Translations under genes and position numbers: made by a program
The notes under the pieces: model-generated
The model's database searches: none
The model's input: only the letters and a program-made list of their open reading frames with translations
What the model was told of the DNA's origin: nothing
Source of the DNA: Candidatus Cloacimonadales bacterium
Lineage (GTDB): Bacteria > Cloacimonadota > Cloacimonadia > Cloacimonadales > JAFGVF01
Assembly (NCBI GenBank): GCA_963692475.1
Contig: OY829950.1
Span: 1,940,554-2,004,553, forward strand
Direction: 5' to 3'
Length of the DNA: 64,000 bases
Shown here: positions 26,276 to 36,852 of the stretch, piece after piece
Layout: each line of letters begins with the position of its first letter
Position numbering within the stretch: position 1 is the stretch's first letter

Positions 26276-26707
26276 TTAAACTTTCTTAACTATTAGTTTA
26301 TTTCCATCTATAGAGAGAACTTCTACTTTCTCACTATTATTGATTCCTATATTATTTTCAGCCACAGCAGCCCAGATTTCTCCGCCTACTTTGACTTCTC
26401 CTCTTCCATCTTGAGGAATTTCTCTGATTACAAGGCCTTGTTTACCTATAAGGGCATAGACATTTGTTTCAGTTTTCTCTTTACTAAATAGTTTTTCATA
26501 GACTTTCCTCATTAGTAGGAATACGATGAAGCTAATCAATCCGAAAATTAAGACTTGAAGCCACATCGCAATACCGAGAGTTGAAATTGGGCTTGTAATT
26601 AATCCCGCAATCCCAAAACTTATAAAAAATACTGCTGGGTCGAAAATCTCAATTATTACACAAATTACTCCAATAATTAGCCATATTAACCAAGGATCTA
26701 TAGTCAT
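26276..26707 (-). CDS. NfeD-family membrane protein (stomatin operon partner)
   Basis: Three N-terminal TM helices plus a C-terminal OB-like domain (GRGEVKVGGEIWAAV). Conserved NfeD-stomatin gene order. Confidence 0.8.
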   Translation of the reverse strand: MTIDPWLIWLIIGVICVIIEIFDPAVFFISFGIAGLITSPISTLGIAMWLQVLIFGLISFIVFLLMRKVYEKLFSKEKTETNVYALIGKQGLVIREIPQDGRGEVKVGGEIWAAVAENNIGINNSEKVEVLSIDGNKLIVKKV

Positions 26708-26767
26708 GCTAACTCCTTTTAAAATAATAACCGACTTTCTGTCGGTTATTATTAAGTTTGATTTTAT

Positions 26768-27685
26768 TTAAGACTTTTCCGACGAATCGTTTCCGTCCCC
26801 ATTAGGTTTATCTTTATAAACCCGTTTGACATGTCGCTTTCGTCCATAGTTATATCCATACCCACTGTAGTTTCCATATTTATAACTTTTGTTATAATAG
26901 CTTCCATAAAGTTGACTTGTGGAAGCACCCACAATTCCTAAAACTTTGAATAAAAGCTTAGAACCGAGGGTAAGCAATGGAACAGCTAAAGCTAAAACAC
27001 CAAGAGCAATAATAAAGTGCTTGGATAATTTTCTTATATATTCTGAGCTACTAATAGCTTTTTTAAATTGTTCTGAGAAAGCAATTAAATACAGATCATA
27101 TTCTGTATTTTGCAGGGATTGCTTCATACTAATGATACGTCCCATATGTATATCGACTTCTTCAATATCTTGAGTATAGCCTTTGATATTAGGATTTTCT
27201 CTTCTTAACTTTTCTAAGTTTTTTCTTTTTGCGTGTAATGCTACTAAACTATCATTATAAGCTTCAATAGAACCTGTATTTAAGGCGGTTGAATAGTCGC
27301 TACTAAATTGTACTAAACTTGCTAAAGATCTAACTTTTTGGTTAAACTGCTTAGTCTCATTTACAGGGACTCTGACTATATATTCATATTTTGAAAGTAT
27401 AGAACCACGATACTTTTCTACATACTCTGATAAGAAACCTAAAGAATCAGCAATATTATCAAAATTTCTACTTTCCATAACCATTTGGAATTTTGCATTA
27501 TAATTAGCTTTTTTAGCATCATCCCAACGATACATCAACTCATCTTGTAAATTTGCGATACTTCTTGTTCCTCTTGATTCAGGTTGATCAAAAGGGAGTC
27601 CTATTTTATAAAATCCCCATGCTAAGGCTAATAAAATCACAAAAATAATTATCACTCTAGTGTTTCTATAACTTTTTCTACTCAC
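26768..27685 (-). CDS. Hypothetical membrane protein (N- and C-terminal TM segments, Gly/Tyr-rich basic tail)
   Basis: 305 aa. TM at VIIIFVILLALAWGF and IIALGVLALAVPLL. Tail GSYYNKSYKYGNYSGYGYNYGRKRH. No motif I can name with confidence (DUF4349-like layout). Confidence 0.6.
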   Translation of the reverse strand: MSRKSYRNTRVIIIFVILLALAWGFYKIGLPFDQPESRGTRSIANLQDELMYRWDDAKKANYNAKFQMVMESRNFDNIADSLGFLSEYVEKYRGSILSKYEYIVRVPVNETKQFNQKVRSLASLVQFSSDYSTALNTGSIEAYNDSLVALHAKRKNLEKLRRENPNIKGYTQDIEEVDIHMGRIISMKQSLQNTEYDLYLIAFSEQFKKAISSSEYIRKLSKHFIIALGVLALAVPLLTLGSKLLFKVLGIVGASTSQLYGSYYNKSYKYGNYSGYGYNYGRKRHVKRVYKDKPNGDGNDSSEKS

Positions 27686-27821
27686 TATAGCTCCTTCTCT
27701 CTACATATATATCTTAATTACAAGAATATTATTTTAATAGACAAAAACTTGTCAATTACAATTTTAAAAAATAAGTGCTGATTAAGAAATATTATCTGAT
27801 TTTTTGTAACAGAAGTTTATT

Positions 27822-29528
27822 TTATTCATCTGTCAAATTGTTAGTATTAGTACGTTTTAGAATCTCTTTAGCATGTTTAAGAGATGTTTCACTGACAGTA
27901 CCGGCTAACATCCGAGAAATTTCAATTTCGCGTTCCTTGTTATCCAAATGTTTTATATCAATTTCAGTTTTTTTATTGTTTATTGTTTTCACGATTTTAA
28001 AATGATTAGCACCTTTGGCTGCAACTTGAGGTAAGTGAGTAATACAGATTACTTGATGCTTATCGCCAATCTTGGCAATATAATCTGCAATATAAAGAGC
28101 AGTATTACCACCAATCCCAACATCGATTTCATCGAATATTATTGAGCGAGGTTTTAGCTTGTCTGAAAGTATTTTTTTAAAAGCTAATAGCATTCTGGAT
28201 AATTCACCACCAGAAGCTGACTCTTTCAAAGCTTGCATGTCAACGCCTAAATTTGCTGAAAAAAGGAGATTAATCTTATCGTAACCAGTTTCGGTAATCT
28301 CCATGAGTCTATTTTCAAAATCTCCCTTATTAAAATCAAACTGAACTTTTGCTTGAGCTAGAGAAAGATTTTCGATATTAGCTTCAATTTCAGATTTAAG
28401 CTTGTGGGCAAACTTATTTCTTTGTTTTGAAAGTCTGTCTGAAAGTTTAAGTAAATTAGCTTCTAAAGAATCAATCAAAACATTCTGTTTCTTAATATCA
28501 TTTGTTAAAGCTGACTTGTTTAATAAGAAGTCGTTAATTTCTGTATAGTAATTAAGAAGTAATTCAACACTATTGACATGGTATTTTGATTTCATGTCTT
28601 CGATACTCTTAATTCTATCTTCTACTATCTGCAATCTCTCTTGATCTATCGAAACAACATCTTCAACTTCCCGTAAACTACCTATACCATCTTCTATTAG
28701 ACTTTTAGCATCATAGAAGTATTCACATGCTGTTTTTATCTGGTTTAAATCATCATTAAATTCCGATAGATTATTAAGAGCTAAATTTAATCTATCAATA
28801 AAAGAATCCTCTACCTCATAAAATTCTTGGACTATTTCTCTACTAAGAGACACTATTTTATCCGCATTAATCAAAACATTATATTCATGATCTAATTCAG
28901 TAACTTCCTCTTGACGTAGATTCATAGCTTCTAATTCAGCTACTTGATACTCATAGAGTTTAGTTTTTTCTAACAAAGCTTTATCTTTTTTTACTAAATC
29001 TTTAAGTTTCTGCTTTTCTTTTTTCCATTCTTGATAAGAAGTGGCTACTTCATCTCTAAGACTATCTAATTCTCCATAAGCATCTAACACCTGTAATTGG
29101 TATTCAGGTTCATTAAGATTTAGTTGTTCATTTTGTGAATGAAAATCGAGGAGTACATCTCTAAATTCTTTTATGATACTATTAGTAACTCTTCTTCCAT
29201 TAATGAAGCTAGATGCTTTCCCATTTGTGTTAATCTCTTTTACGAAGAATAACTCATTTTCTTCTATTTCGATGCTATAGGTCTTGATTAAGTTTAAGAG
29301 TTGTGTATTGTTAGAATCTATATCAAAATCTACCTCTAAATAGATATTCTTATCCTTTTCATAGAAATAATTACCTCTAACCATACCCCCAAGAACTAAG
29401 TTTAAACCGCCTACTAAGACAGATTTTCCTGCTCCTGTTTCACCAGTAATTACATTCATCCCTGCTTTAAAATCTAATTCTAAATCTTTAATAAGAACGA
29501 AATTCTTAAACTTTATTCTTAATATCAT
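27822..29528 (-). CDS. recN: DNA repair protein RecN
   Basis: FKNFVLIKDLELDF..GMNVITGETGAGKS Walker A, long coiled coil, C-terminal SGGELSR signature and FDEIDVGIGG Walker B. Confidence 0.93.
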   Translation of the reverse strand: MILRIKFKNFVLIKDLELDFKAGMNVITGETGAGKSVLVGGLNLVLGGMVRGNYFYEKDKNIYLEVDFDIDSNNTQLLNLIKTYSIEIEENELFFVKEINTNGKASSFINGRRVTNSIIKEFRDVLLDFHSQNEQLNLNEPEYQLQVLDAYGELDSLRDEVATSYQEWKKEKQKLKDLVKKDKALLEKTKLYEYQVAELEAMNLRQEEVTELDHEYNVLINADKIVSLSREIVQEFYEVEDSFIDRLNLALNNLSEFNDDLNQIKTACEYFYDAKSLIEDGIGSLREVEDVVSIDQERLQIVEDRIKSIEDMKSKYHVNSVELLLNYYTEINDFLLNKSALTNDIKKQNVLIDSLEANLLKLSDRLSKQRNKFAHKLKSEIEANIENLSLAQAKVQFDFNKGDFENRLMEITETGYDKINLLFSANLGVDMQALKESASGGELSRMLLAFKKILSDKLKPRSIIFDEIDVGIGGNTALYIADYIAKIGDKHQVICITHLPQVAAKGANHFKIVKTINNKKTEIDIKHLDNKEREIEISRMLAGTVSETSLKHAKEILKRTNTNNLTDE

Positions 29529-30379
29529 ATTCGCCCCATGTGCATCTTTTTTCGCATAATTTGATAGAATGTTTTATTAGAAAGTTTGATAAAATTAACC
29601 TTTTGGGTAGCACCATTTATCTTGATAATATCTCCTGCTAAGAGAGAGGTAACATTTACTCCATCTACTTGGAGCAGGGGCTCATCATGACAGCTAATTA
29701 ACTCAAAAGAGAGTAAATCCTTAGCTGAAAAGACAATAGGTCTTATAGATAGAATGTGAGGATTTAGAGGACAAAAAACTATAGCTTCCATGAGTGGGTC
29801 TAAGATTGGTCCGCCTCCAGAAAGTGAATATGCCGTCGAGCCTGTTGGTGTAGAAGCGACTAAGCCATCACATCGTGTGGTGTAGATAAGTCTATCATTA
29901 GTTCTAATTTTTACTTCAATCATTTTGGGAGTGTTTGCTCTAAACAAGACAACATCATTAAGGGCTAAATCACGATAATAAAGTTTATTATTACGAAATA
30001 CTTTTATATCTAACAATAATCGAGACTGGATTTTGTACTTGTTACTAATTAGTAGTTGAATAGACCTTTCTAAAAGTTCTGGTTTGGTTTCTGAAAGAAA
30101 TCCTAACTTACCAATATTTATCCCAAGAAGGGGAGCTTTAGTTAGAAGGGCGTATTTCTTAGCTCGTAAAATTGTACCATCACCTCCAAAAACTAAAATA
30201 CAATTAAGGCTAATATTCTTATTAGATTTATATGGCTTTACAAAGTCAGGTAAGATTTCTAATTGGTCATCAAAACCATAAAATTCAATATCATAATTCT
30301 TATATAATTTCCTAATTATCTCACTCTGCTTCTGCTTATCATAATATTCTGTATGAATGAAGAGTCCAAACTTATTCAT
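29525..30379 (-). CDS. nadK: NAD kinase
   Basis: GGDGTILRA motif and TPTGSTAYSLSGGGPI. 4-nt overlap with recN. Confidence 0.92.
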   Translation of the reverse strand: MNKFGLFIHTEYYDKQKQSEIIRKLYKNYDIEFYGFDDQLEILPDFVKPYKSNKNISLNCILVFGGDGTILRAKKYALLTKAPLLGINIGKLGFLSETKPELLERSIQLLISNKYKIQSRLLLDIKVFRNNKLYYRDLALNDVVLFRANTPKMIEVKIRTNDRLIYTTRCDGLVASTPTGSTAYSLSGGGPILDPLMEAIVFCPLNPHILSIRPIVFSAKDLLSFELISCHDEPLLQVDGVNVTSLLAGDIIKINGATQKVNFIKLSNKTFYQIMRKKMHMGRI

Positions 30380-31475
30380 AATTCACCGATTCGATAACTC
30401 TTAAATATGATTCATAGACCTTTTGAGGAATTTCACCTCTTTCAACTGCATTCAAAACACCACAATTATCCTCATGAGTATGAGTACAGTTGTTGAAATA
30501 ACAAGAAAATCTATCAAAACCTGGAAATTTATTATAGACAAGACTGACATTATCTCGCTTCAACGCTAAAGTTTTTATTCCGGGAGTATCTACTAAGAAC
30601 CCCCCAAATTCCCACTCCAAGAGCTTAGAATTTGTGGTAGTGTGCCTTCCTTTTTCATTAAAATTACTAATTTCTCCTACTTTAAGGTCTAAACTGGGCA
30701 TCAAAGCATTAATTACAGAGCTTTTTCCTACTCCTGATTGACCAGAAAATACAGATATATTATCTTTTAGCAACTTTTTGAGCTCTTCTATTCCTTGTCC
30801 AGTAGTAGCAGAAACAAAATAAGTCTTGTAACCACTCTCAATATAGTATTCCAACATCTCTTGATAATATTCTAAATCTTCAACTAAATCTATTTTATTA
30901 ACGCAAATTACAGGTTCAATATTGTCTATAGCACATTGAATAATAAATCTATCTATCATGCCTAATTTAAGCATGGGCTGAACACAAGAAACTGTAATTA
31001 TAGCATAATCCATATTGCTGGCAATAAGAATCTCTTTCTGGTAGCTTCCTTCAGAATATCTCATTAACTTGTTTTTGCGTTCAATAAGCTCTTCAATTCG
31101 ATAAGGGGTTCCCTGAGAAATATCAAGCTTTATCTTATCTCCTACAGCCATTACCCTTCTCTGATTGAACATAAACTGCTTAAGACGACCACCTAAAAGA
31201 GCAAGAACTTCTTCTCCTTTAAGCTTTACTTTGAACATATTATTGGTCATAATTTCTGTAATTAGACCATCTTCTAATCTTACATCTCTTTTGAGTGTCT
31301 TTTTGTTCCTGTTCTGACCTCTACTAATAGCTTTCTTCTCATGACTATAATCCTCATCCAAAAAGTCATCAATATTATCAATACTAATGTTTTTGAACTT
31401 CCTTTCTGTAGTCTTAGTCCTTAATTTATCTCTTCTTTTATCCATTTTATTCCTATTTTTATCTTCTTTACTCAA
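30372..31475 (-). CDS. rsgA: Ribosome small-subunit-dependent GTPase A, with ~70-aa Lys/Arg-rich N-terminal extension
   Basis: Circularly permuted GTPase order: VCVNKIDL (G4) precedes GQSGVGKSS (G1). C-terminal Zn motif CTHTHEDNC. Confidence 0.9.
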   Translation of the reverse strand: MSKEDKNRNKMDKRRDKLRTKTTERKFKNISIDNIDDFLDEDYSHEKKAISRGQNRNKKTLKRDVRLEDGLITEIMTNNMFKVKLKGEEVLALLGGRLKQFMFNQRRVMAVGDKIKLDISQGTPYRIEELIERKNKLMRYSEGSYQKEILIASNMDYAIITVSCVQPMLKLGMIDRFIIQCAIDNIEPVICVNKIDLVEDLEYYQEMLEYYIESGYKTYFVSATTGQGIEELKKLLKDNISVFSGQSGVGKSSVINALMPSLDLKVGEISNFNEKGRHTTTNSKLLEWEFGGFLVDTPGIKTLALKRDNVSLVYNKFPGFDRFSCYFNNCTHTHEDNCGVLNAVERGEIPQKVYESYLRVIESVNYE

Positions 31476-31710
31476 TTATCAAATTCGATGCTTTTGTTGT
31501 AAAGGAATTTTTTCTTAAGAATTGATGTAAAATGAAATAATTAGGTCTGAGTTATCAATAAGCTTTAGAGTTAAGAATAACATATTCATAAGAGTTTCAA
31601 GATTTTTATATTGACTATCTTAGGAATAATTTTTTTATGGTATGAACTAGTAAAATAATGATTTTATGATTTAAGGAATAAAAGAAAATAATTAAAGTGA
31701 TGGAGGAAAT

Positions 31711-32772
31711 ATGAAGACTGGTGGAAACCGTTATGGAACTCACAGAGTAATTGAACCTAAGGGTGTTTTACCGCAACCAGCAAGAGTTGTGGATAATGAT
31801 ATGACAGAGATTTGGGATAATGAGATGCTTATAGATGTTATAAGATTGAATATTGACTCTGCATCATTTCATCAAATAAAGAACAAGTTAATCAATCAAG
31901 GTCATAAAGAAGATTTAGCTGAAGCTTTTGCAAATCATGTAATAGATTTAACAGAAAGAACAGGAAAGCATAAGAATGAAGATACCGGTTCAGGCGGAAT
32001 GCTTATTGGCAGAATTGCTAAATTAGGACCAAACTTCGAGATGAAAGAAGAGGTAAAAGAAGGAGATTTAATTGCTTCTTTAGTATCTTTATCATTAACT
32101 CCTTTGAAAGTTAAAAAAGTAAAAAAAGTAATTTTAGATAAAGATCAAGTAGAAATCGAGGGTCAAGCAATTCTTTTCTCATCAGGAATATATGCAAAGC
32201 TTCCTGAAGATATGGATATCAACTTAGCTTTATCAGTTCTTGATGTAGCTGGTGCTCCTGCTCAGGCAGAGAGATTAGCAAAAGCTGGTGATATTGTTGT
32301 TGTTCTTGGTGCTGGTGGAAAATCTGGTGTGCTTTGTAATGCAGTCAGCCGTGAAAGGGTTGGTGTCTCAGGTAAAGTTATTGGAATAGTACATAGTGAA
32401 AGAAGTGTTGAAGCTGCTTTAAAATCAGGCTGTAATGAAGTTTATGTTGGTGATGCAACTAATGCTCTCCAAGTAGAAGAGATTGTTGCTAAAGCTACTG
32501 ACGGTAAGATGGCTGATTTAGTTATCAACGTTGTTAATGTTGAAAATACAGAGATGTCAACAATTATGGCTTGTAAAGATCGTGGAACTGTATATTTCTT
32601 CTCAATGGCTACTTCATTTACCAGAGCAGCTTTAGGTGCTGAAGGTATAGGAGCAGATGTAGATATGATACTTGGTAATGGTTATGCCCATAATCATGCC
32701 TTAATTTCCATTGATTTGTTAAGAAGAAACTCATATTTAATGGAGTTATTTAAACAAAGATACACTGACTAA
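31711..32772 (+). CDS. kdd: L-erythro-3,5-diaminohexanoate dehydrogenase (lysine fermentation)
   Basis: 353 aa. N-terminus GNRYGTHRVIEPKGVLPQPA and Rossmann VLGAGGKSG, as I recall for Kdd. Lies immediately upstream of kamA. Assignment from memory of the family, not searched. Confidence 0.75.
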   Translation: MKTGGNRYGTHRVIEPKGVLPQPARVVDNDMTEIWDNEMLIDVIRLNIDSASFHQIKNKLINQGHKEDLAEAFANHVIDLTERTGKHKNEDTGSGGMLIGRIAKLGPNFEMKEEVKEGDLIASLVSLSLTPLKVKKVKKVILDKDQVEIEGQAILFSSGIYAKLPEDMDINLALSVLDVAGAPAQAERLAKAGDIVVVLGAGGKSGVLCNAVSRERVGVSGKVIGIVHSERSVEAALKSGCNEVYVGDATNALQVEEIVAKATDGKMADLVINVVNVENTEMSTIMACKDRGTVYFFSMATSFTRAALGAEGIGADVDMILGNGYAHNHALISIDLLRRNSYLMELFKQRYTD

Positions 32773-32786
32773 ACAAGGGAGGGTGA

Positions 32787-34031
32787 ATGTCCGAACTTAT
32801 AGATATTAAGACAATTGCTACAGAAGAACAGTGGAATGACTGGCATTGGCAATTGAAGAATAGAATAACTTCATACGAAGATTTAAAGAAATATATAAAA
32901 CTTACTCCTGATGAAGAGGAAGTTTTCAAAGGGGGGAATTTCCCATTTAGAATGGCTATTACCCCATACTATCTTTCAATTATAGATCAGAATAATCCTA
33001 ATGACCCTGTTAGAATGCAGGCTATTCCTAAGATTCAAGAATCAAAATTAGTTACTACCGACATGGACGATCCTCTTCATGAAGATACAGATTCTCCAAC
33101 ACCTGGTTTAACTCATAGATATCCTGATAGAACTTTACTTCTTCTTACTGACCAATGCTCCATGTATTGCCGTCACTGCACAAGAAGAAGAAAAGCTGGT
33201 GAACATGATGCTCCAATGCCAAAAGATAATGTATCAAAAGCTATTGAATACATCAGAAATACTAAAGAGGTTAGAGATGTTATTCTTTCTGGAGGTGACC
33301 CATTAACACTATCAACAGCAAGATTAGAAGAAGTTATTTCTGAAATTGCCGCTATTGACCATGTTGATATCATTAGAATTGGTTCCAGAATACCTGTTGT
33401 TCTTCCTCAGAGAATTGATGATGAATTAATTGCAATGTTGAAGAAATATCCTATGATTTGGCTAAATACTCATTTCAATCATCCAAATGAAATGACTCCT
33501 GAAGCTCAAGTAGCTTTAGCTAAATTAGCTAATGCAGGTGTTGTTCTTGGTAATCAATCTGTTTTACTTAAAGGAATTAATGACCACGTGGATGTAATGA
33601 AAAAGTTAGTACACACTCTTGTAAAGAATAGAGTAAGACCTTACTACATCTATCAATGTGATCTTTCAGAAGGTATTTCACACTTCAGAACACCTATCTC
33701 TAAAGGTATTGAAATCATGGAATCTCTTAGAGGCCATACTTCTGGTTTATGTATTCCAACTTATGTTGTTGATGCACCTGGTGGTGGTGGTAAGATACCT
33801 GTTCTGCCAAATTACATTGTTTCTCAAATGCCAGGACGAACTATTCTTCGTAATTATGAAGGTTTTATTACTACTTACACTGAACCTGAATATAAGGAAC
33901 AGAACGATAGCGATTATTGCCAATTAGTATCTGAAGAAAGAAAATCTACAGAAGGTGTTATGAGTTTGCTTAGAGGCGAAAAAGTTTCTATAGGACCTGC
34001 TGATACTAAAAGAAATAAAAGACACAAATAA
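32787..34031 (+). CDS. kamA: L-lysine 2,3-aminomutase (radical SAM)
   Basis: CSMYCRHCTRRR (CxxxCxxC), LTHRYPDR, SGGDPL, YYIYQCD: canonical KamA blocks. Confidence 0.93.
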   Translation: MSELIDIKTIATEEQWNDWHWQLKNRITSYEDLKKYIKLTPDEEEVFKGGNFPFRMAITPYYLSIIDQNNPNDPVRMQAIPKIQESKLVTTDMDDPLHEDTDSPTPGLTHRYPDRTLLLLTDQCSMYCRHCTRRRKAGEHDAPMPKDNVSKAIEYIRNTKEVRDVILSGGDPLTLSTARLEEVISEIAAIDHVDIIRIGSRIPVVLPQRIDDELIAMLKKYPMIWLNTHFNHPNEMTPEAQVALAKLANAGVVLGNQSVLLKGINDHVDVMKKLVHTLVKNRVRPYYIYQCDLSEGISHFRTPISKGIEIMESLRGHTSGLCIPTYVVDAPGGGGKIPVLPNYIVSQMPGRTILRNYEGFITTYTEPEYKEQNDSDYCQLVSEERKSTEGVMSLLRGEKVSIGPADTKRNKRHK

Positions 34032-34055
34032 TTTGATTATTTGCTTATAATATAC

Positions 34056-34088
34056 TAAGGCTGATTTTAACATCAGCCTTAGTTTTTG
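34056..34088 (+). terminator. Rho-independent terminator of kamA
   Basis: TAAGGCTGAT-TTTAAC-ATCAGCCTTA followed by GTTTTTG. Confidence 0.8.
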
Positions 34089-34149
34089 CTAAAAAAAACA
34101 TCTTTTGTCGGAGACTATTTCTACCCTAACTTTCTACTAATCATTTGGG

Positions 34150-34184
34150 TAAATAAATCCCCTCAATCAAATGATTAAGGGGTG
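34150..34184 (-). terminator. Possible terminator of the 34237..36513 gene
   Basis: The minus strand reads CCCCTTAATCA..TGATTGAGGGG followed by ATTTATTT. One G-U pair and a weak U-run. Confidence 0.4.
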
Positions 34185-34236
34185 AGCGACTAAATAAATA
34201 GAAGTTAAATCAACTAGCTCATAAGTTTATATGATA

Positions 34237-36513
34237 CTATTTCATTAACACCATTTTCTTCATTTGTGTATTATCTGGACTATTTAATTTATAAAAATAT
34301 AGTCCTGAAGAGACATTATTACCATTGTTATCTTGTCCTTTCCACACATAAGAGTGTTCTCCAGCTTGAACATTTCCTTTAACTAATGTGTTCACTAACT
34401 GACCTTTAATATTATAGATACTTAGCTCGACATTACCTGCTTTTGGCATATCAAAAGAGATAGTAGTTTCAGGATTGAAAGGATTTGGATAATTTTGTTT
34501 TAATTGAGAACTTGGCATTACAACATTGTTGTCAATATTTGGAGTTGCAGAACCGAAATCGATATCAATAGCAGCATACATCATTGTTCCACCAGTTGCT
34601 TGTCCGATTCCTTGTTCTGAAGAACCATAAGTGTTATCATCAAGATACATGAAATGAAGTCTACCAATAGGACCTGTTCCTGTAGGTGATTGAATAAAAT
34701 CAATTTTATTGGTTGGATAAACAAAAGTAGGGATTTGTCCTTCTAATTCAGGAACTTCTACACTGTTTAAGGAGAATGGTTCTGACCATGAAGCACCATT
34801 ATCAGCAGAAACACTTATCATCGTTTCGATATTTTGTCCAAAAGGTTCTAATTCAGGATATAAGGTTGGATTCTTATTATAGTCACGAGATTTTTGAGTA
34901 TCATGCCAAATCATTGCCATCATACCGAATTCGTTAGCGTCAGTAATTCTAATGTGATTTAAATGGAAAAGAGCAGCTTGTTCATCTCCACCATCTTCAT
35001 CCCAATATGGGAAAGGCCACATAGTTTCAAGAAGAGGCATTCCCCAATATTCGGTATCATCTTGAGTTACACCATCATCTTCTCCGTCCCAAGTACCATC
35101 ATCAGCAATTTCATCAATGATACCATCGCCATTAGTATCCCACCATAACCAAGGAACCTCATCACTTACACTTTCAGTGTTTCCTGTTATATCAAAAACT
35201 CTTGTAGCTGATTGTGGATAGACTTCATTAACTTTGAAGCTATTATCATTAGGGTCAAAAATCACTGTCTTAACAGTATGCAAGGCAGGATAATAAGTCC
35301 CTTCATAAGTCTTCTGAGTAAATAGGGCTGGCATGTGAATTCTTCCATTATTATCAACAGCAAGATTGAAGTGACCTGATTCTCCAATACCGATATACAT
35401 ATCTTCATCAGAATAATCATGTTCATTTGTATCGAAATATTCTTCTGTCATTTCTGTACCTTCGTGGAAGCCGGTAGGGTCAATATAGTTGGGGTTATAA
35501 GAATCAAAACTATCCCAAAGAGAATATCTTTGCCATTGGCCTGCTCCATAGTTATCACAGACAAAAACATCAAGAGATGCTTCATTTATTGATTCTGCAG
35601 TGGAAGCGCTACTTTCTGCAGCAAAATGATAACCAATATAATAGAGCTTGTCTTCAATAACTTTGAAACTCATAAATGGTCTTCTCCATTCACCAGTGGA
35701 CACATTCCATTCATTAAGGTCTGGAATCGATGTTGATTCCCAATTTGTTGGAGCAAATGTTTGATATTCAATTTCTTCTTCAGTGAAATCTTTATAAATT
35801 ATATAAATGTTCTCAGAAGCAGCACCTGATGCTGACCATCCATTTCTGCCACAAACATAAACTCGTTGATGACCTTCTAATGGGGATGGACCAATTTGAA
35901 CTGATGGCCAGTTAAATTCATTACTTGAGTAAGTTTGACCATTAACTTCGATTGTTGTCGGTGAATCTATCACTGTAAACAAGTCAGAATTTTGATTAAT
36001 GGCGGTTCCACCAATAACCGCATCATAACCTAAGCCTACTTCCCATTGGCTATCAGAAGCATCCCAATTTCCATGATAAGCAAAGATTGGTCTTCCACCA
36101 GAAGTTAAACCAAGTCCGGCATAACCTTCATTAGTGTCATTAATGTTAAAAGTGGAATTTGCTAAAACAGAACCAGTTGCATCTATAAAAGCTTTATAGA
36201 CTCTTCTTTCACTACTTGGAGTGGCTTTAGCATGATAAATAATCCAGTTACCATTAATTCCCCCAGTAGCAGAGAGGTCCACTCTCATCATAGGAATTGC
36301 TCCGTATGTTCCTGGGAAATAGTCGTAATAATTATCCATAATTGAGACTGGGTTAATTGCGAATTCATAAGGTGTTTCAAAACGATTCTGAGATTGGTAA
36401 GGTCTCAAACTAACTTGATCTAATTTAATTCCTGTTAACGGCGTGTTTGTATCTGCTAATAGGCAAGTAGCAAATACGAGAATCAAAGTAATAATCATAA
36501 ATGTTTTTTTCAT
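34237..36513 (-). CDS. Secreted protein with BNR/Asp-box motif and T9SS-type C-terminal sorting domain (paralog of 7849..10146)
   Basis: Signal peptide MKKTFMIITLILVFATCLLA. Asp-box [27 protein letters not shown]...KKMVLMK. Confidence 0.88.
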   Translation of the reverse strand: MKKTFMIITLILVFATCLLADTNTPLTGIKLDQVSLRPYQSQNRFETPYEFAINPVSIMDNYYDYFPGTYGAIPMMRVDLSATGGINGNWIIYHAKATPSSERRVYKAFIDATGSVLANSTFNINDTNEGYAGLGLTSGGRPIFAYHGNWDASDSQWEVGLGYDAVIGGTAINQNSDLFTVIDSPTTIEVNGQTYSSNEFNWPSVQIGPSPLEGHQRVYVCGRNGWSASGAASENIYIIYKDFTEEEIEYQTFAPTNWESTSIPDLNEWNVSTGEWRRPFMSFKVIEDKLYYIGYHFAAESSASTAESINEASLDVFVCDNYGAGQWQRYSLWDSFDSYNPNYIDPTGFHEGTEMTEEYFDTNEHDYSDEDMYIGIGESGHFNLAVDNNGRIHMPALFTQKTYEGTYYPALHTVKTVIFDPNDNSFKVNEVYPQSATRVFDITGNTESVSDEVPWLWWDTNGDGIIDEIADDGTWDGEDDGVTQDDTEYWGMPLLETMWPFPYWDEDGGDEQAALFHLNHIRITDANEFGMMAMIWHDTQKSRDYNKNPTLYPELEPFGQNIETMISVSADNGASWSEPFSLNSVEVPELEGQIPTFVYPTNKIDFIQSPTGTGPIGRLHFMYLDDNTYGSSEQGIGQATGGTMMYAAIDIDFGSATPNIDNNVVMPSSQLKQNYPNPFNPETTISFDMPKAGNVELSIYNIKGQLVNTLVKGNVQAGEHSYVWKGQDNNGNNVSSGLYFYKLNSPDNTQMKKMVLMK

Positions 36514-36852
36514 AGTTCCTCCACTATAAATTTATAATACAACAACAAAGTAAAATAATCATACTATAGATATAGTATAATTACCCTAATTAATTAATTA
36601 ATTCTATAGCTATAATTAAAACTTATTGAGTTAAAAAAGATTGTCAAGCTATAAATTTGTTAATTAGAGGGTATTGCATAATATAACTAATGAATAGCTA
36701 TATGTATTTACTGAAATGCAAATTCTTGTAAGATTATATTTTTACTATGCTTTAGTTACTTAACAATATTTTAAATGAGGTAGATTCTTCTGATTTGAAT
36801 TGCATAATTTTGGCTATTGTTCAAGTGTAGTGGAAAAAAGAGCCTTTTATTA

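Noticed and set aside
31476-31710. Lysine riboswitch (L-box) upstream of kdd-kamA
   Set aside because: The leader is almost pure A/T with no paired GC-rich helices or the conserved L-box core that I could recognise.
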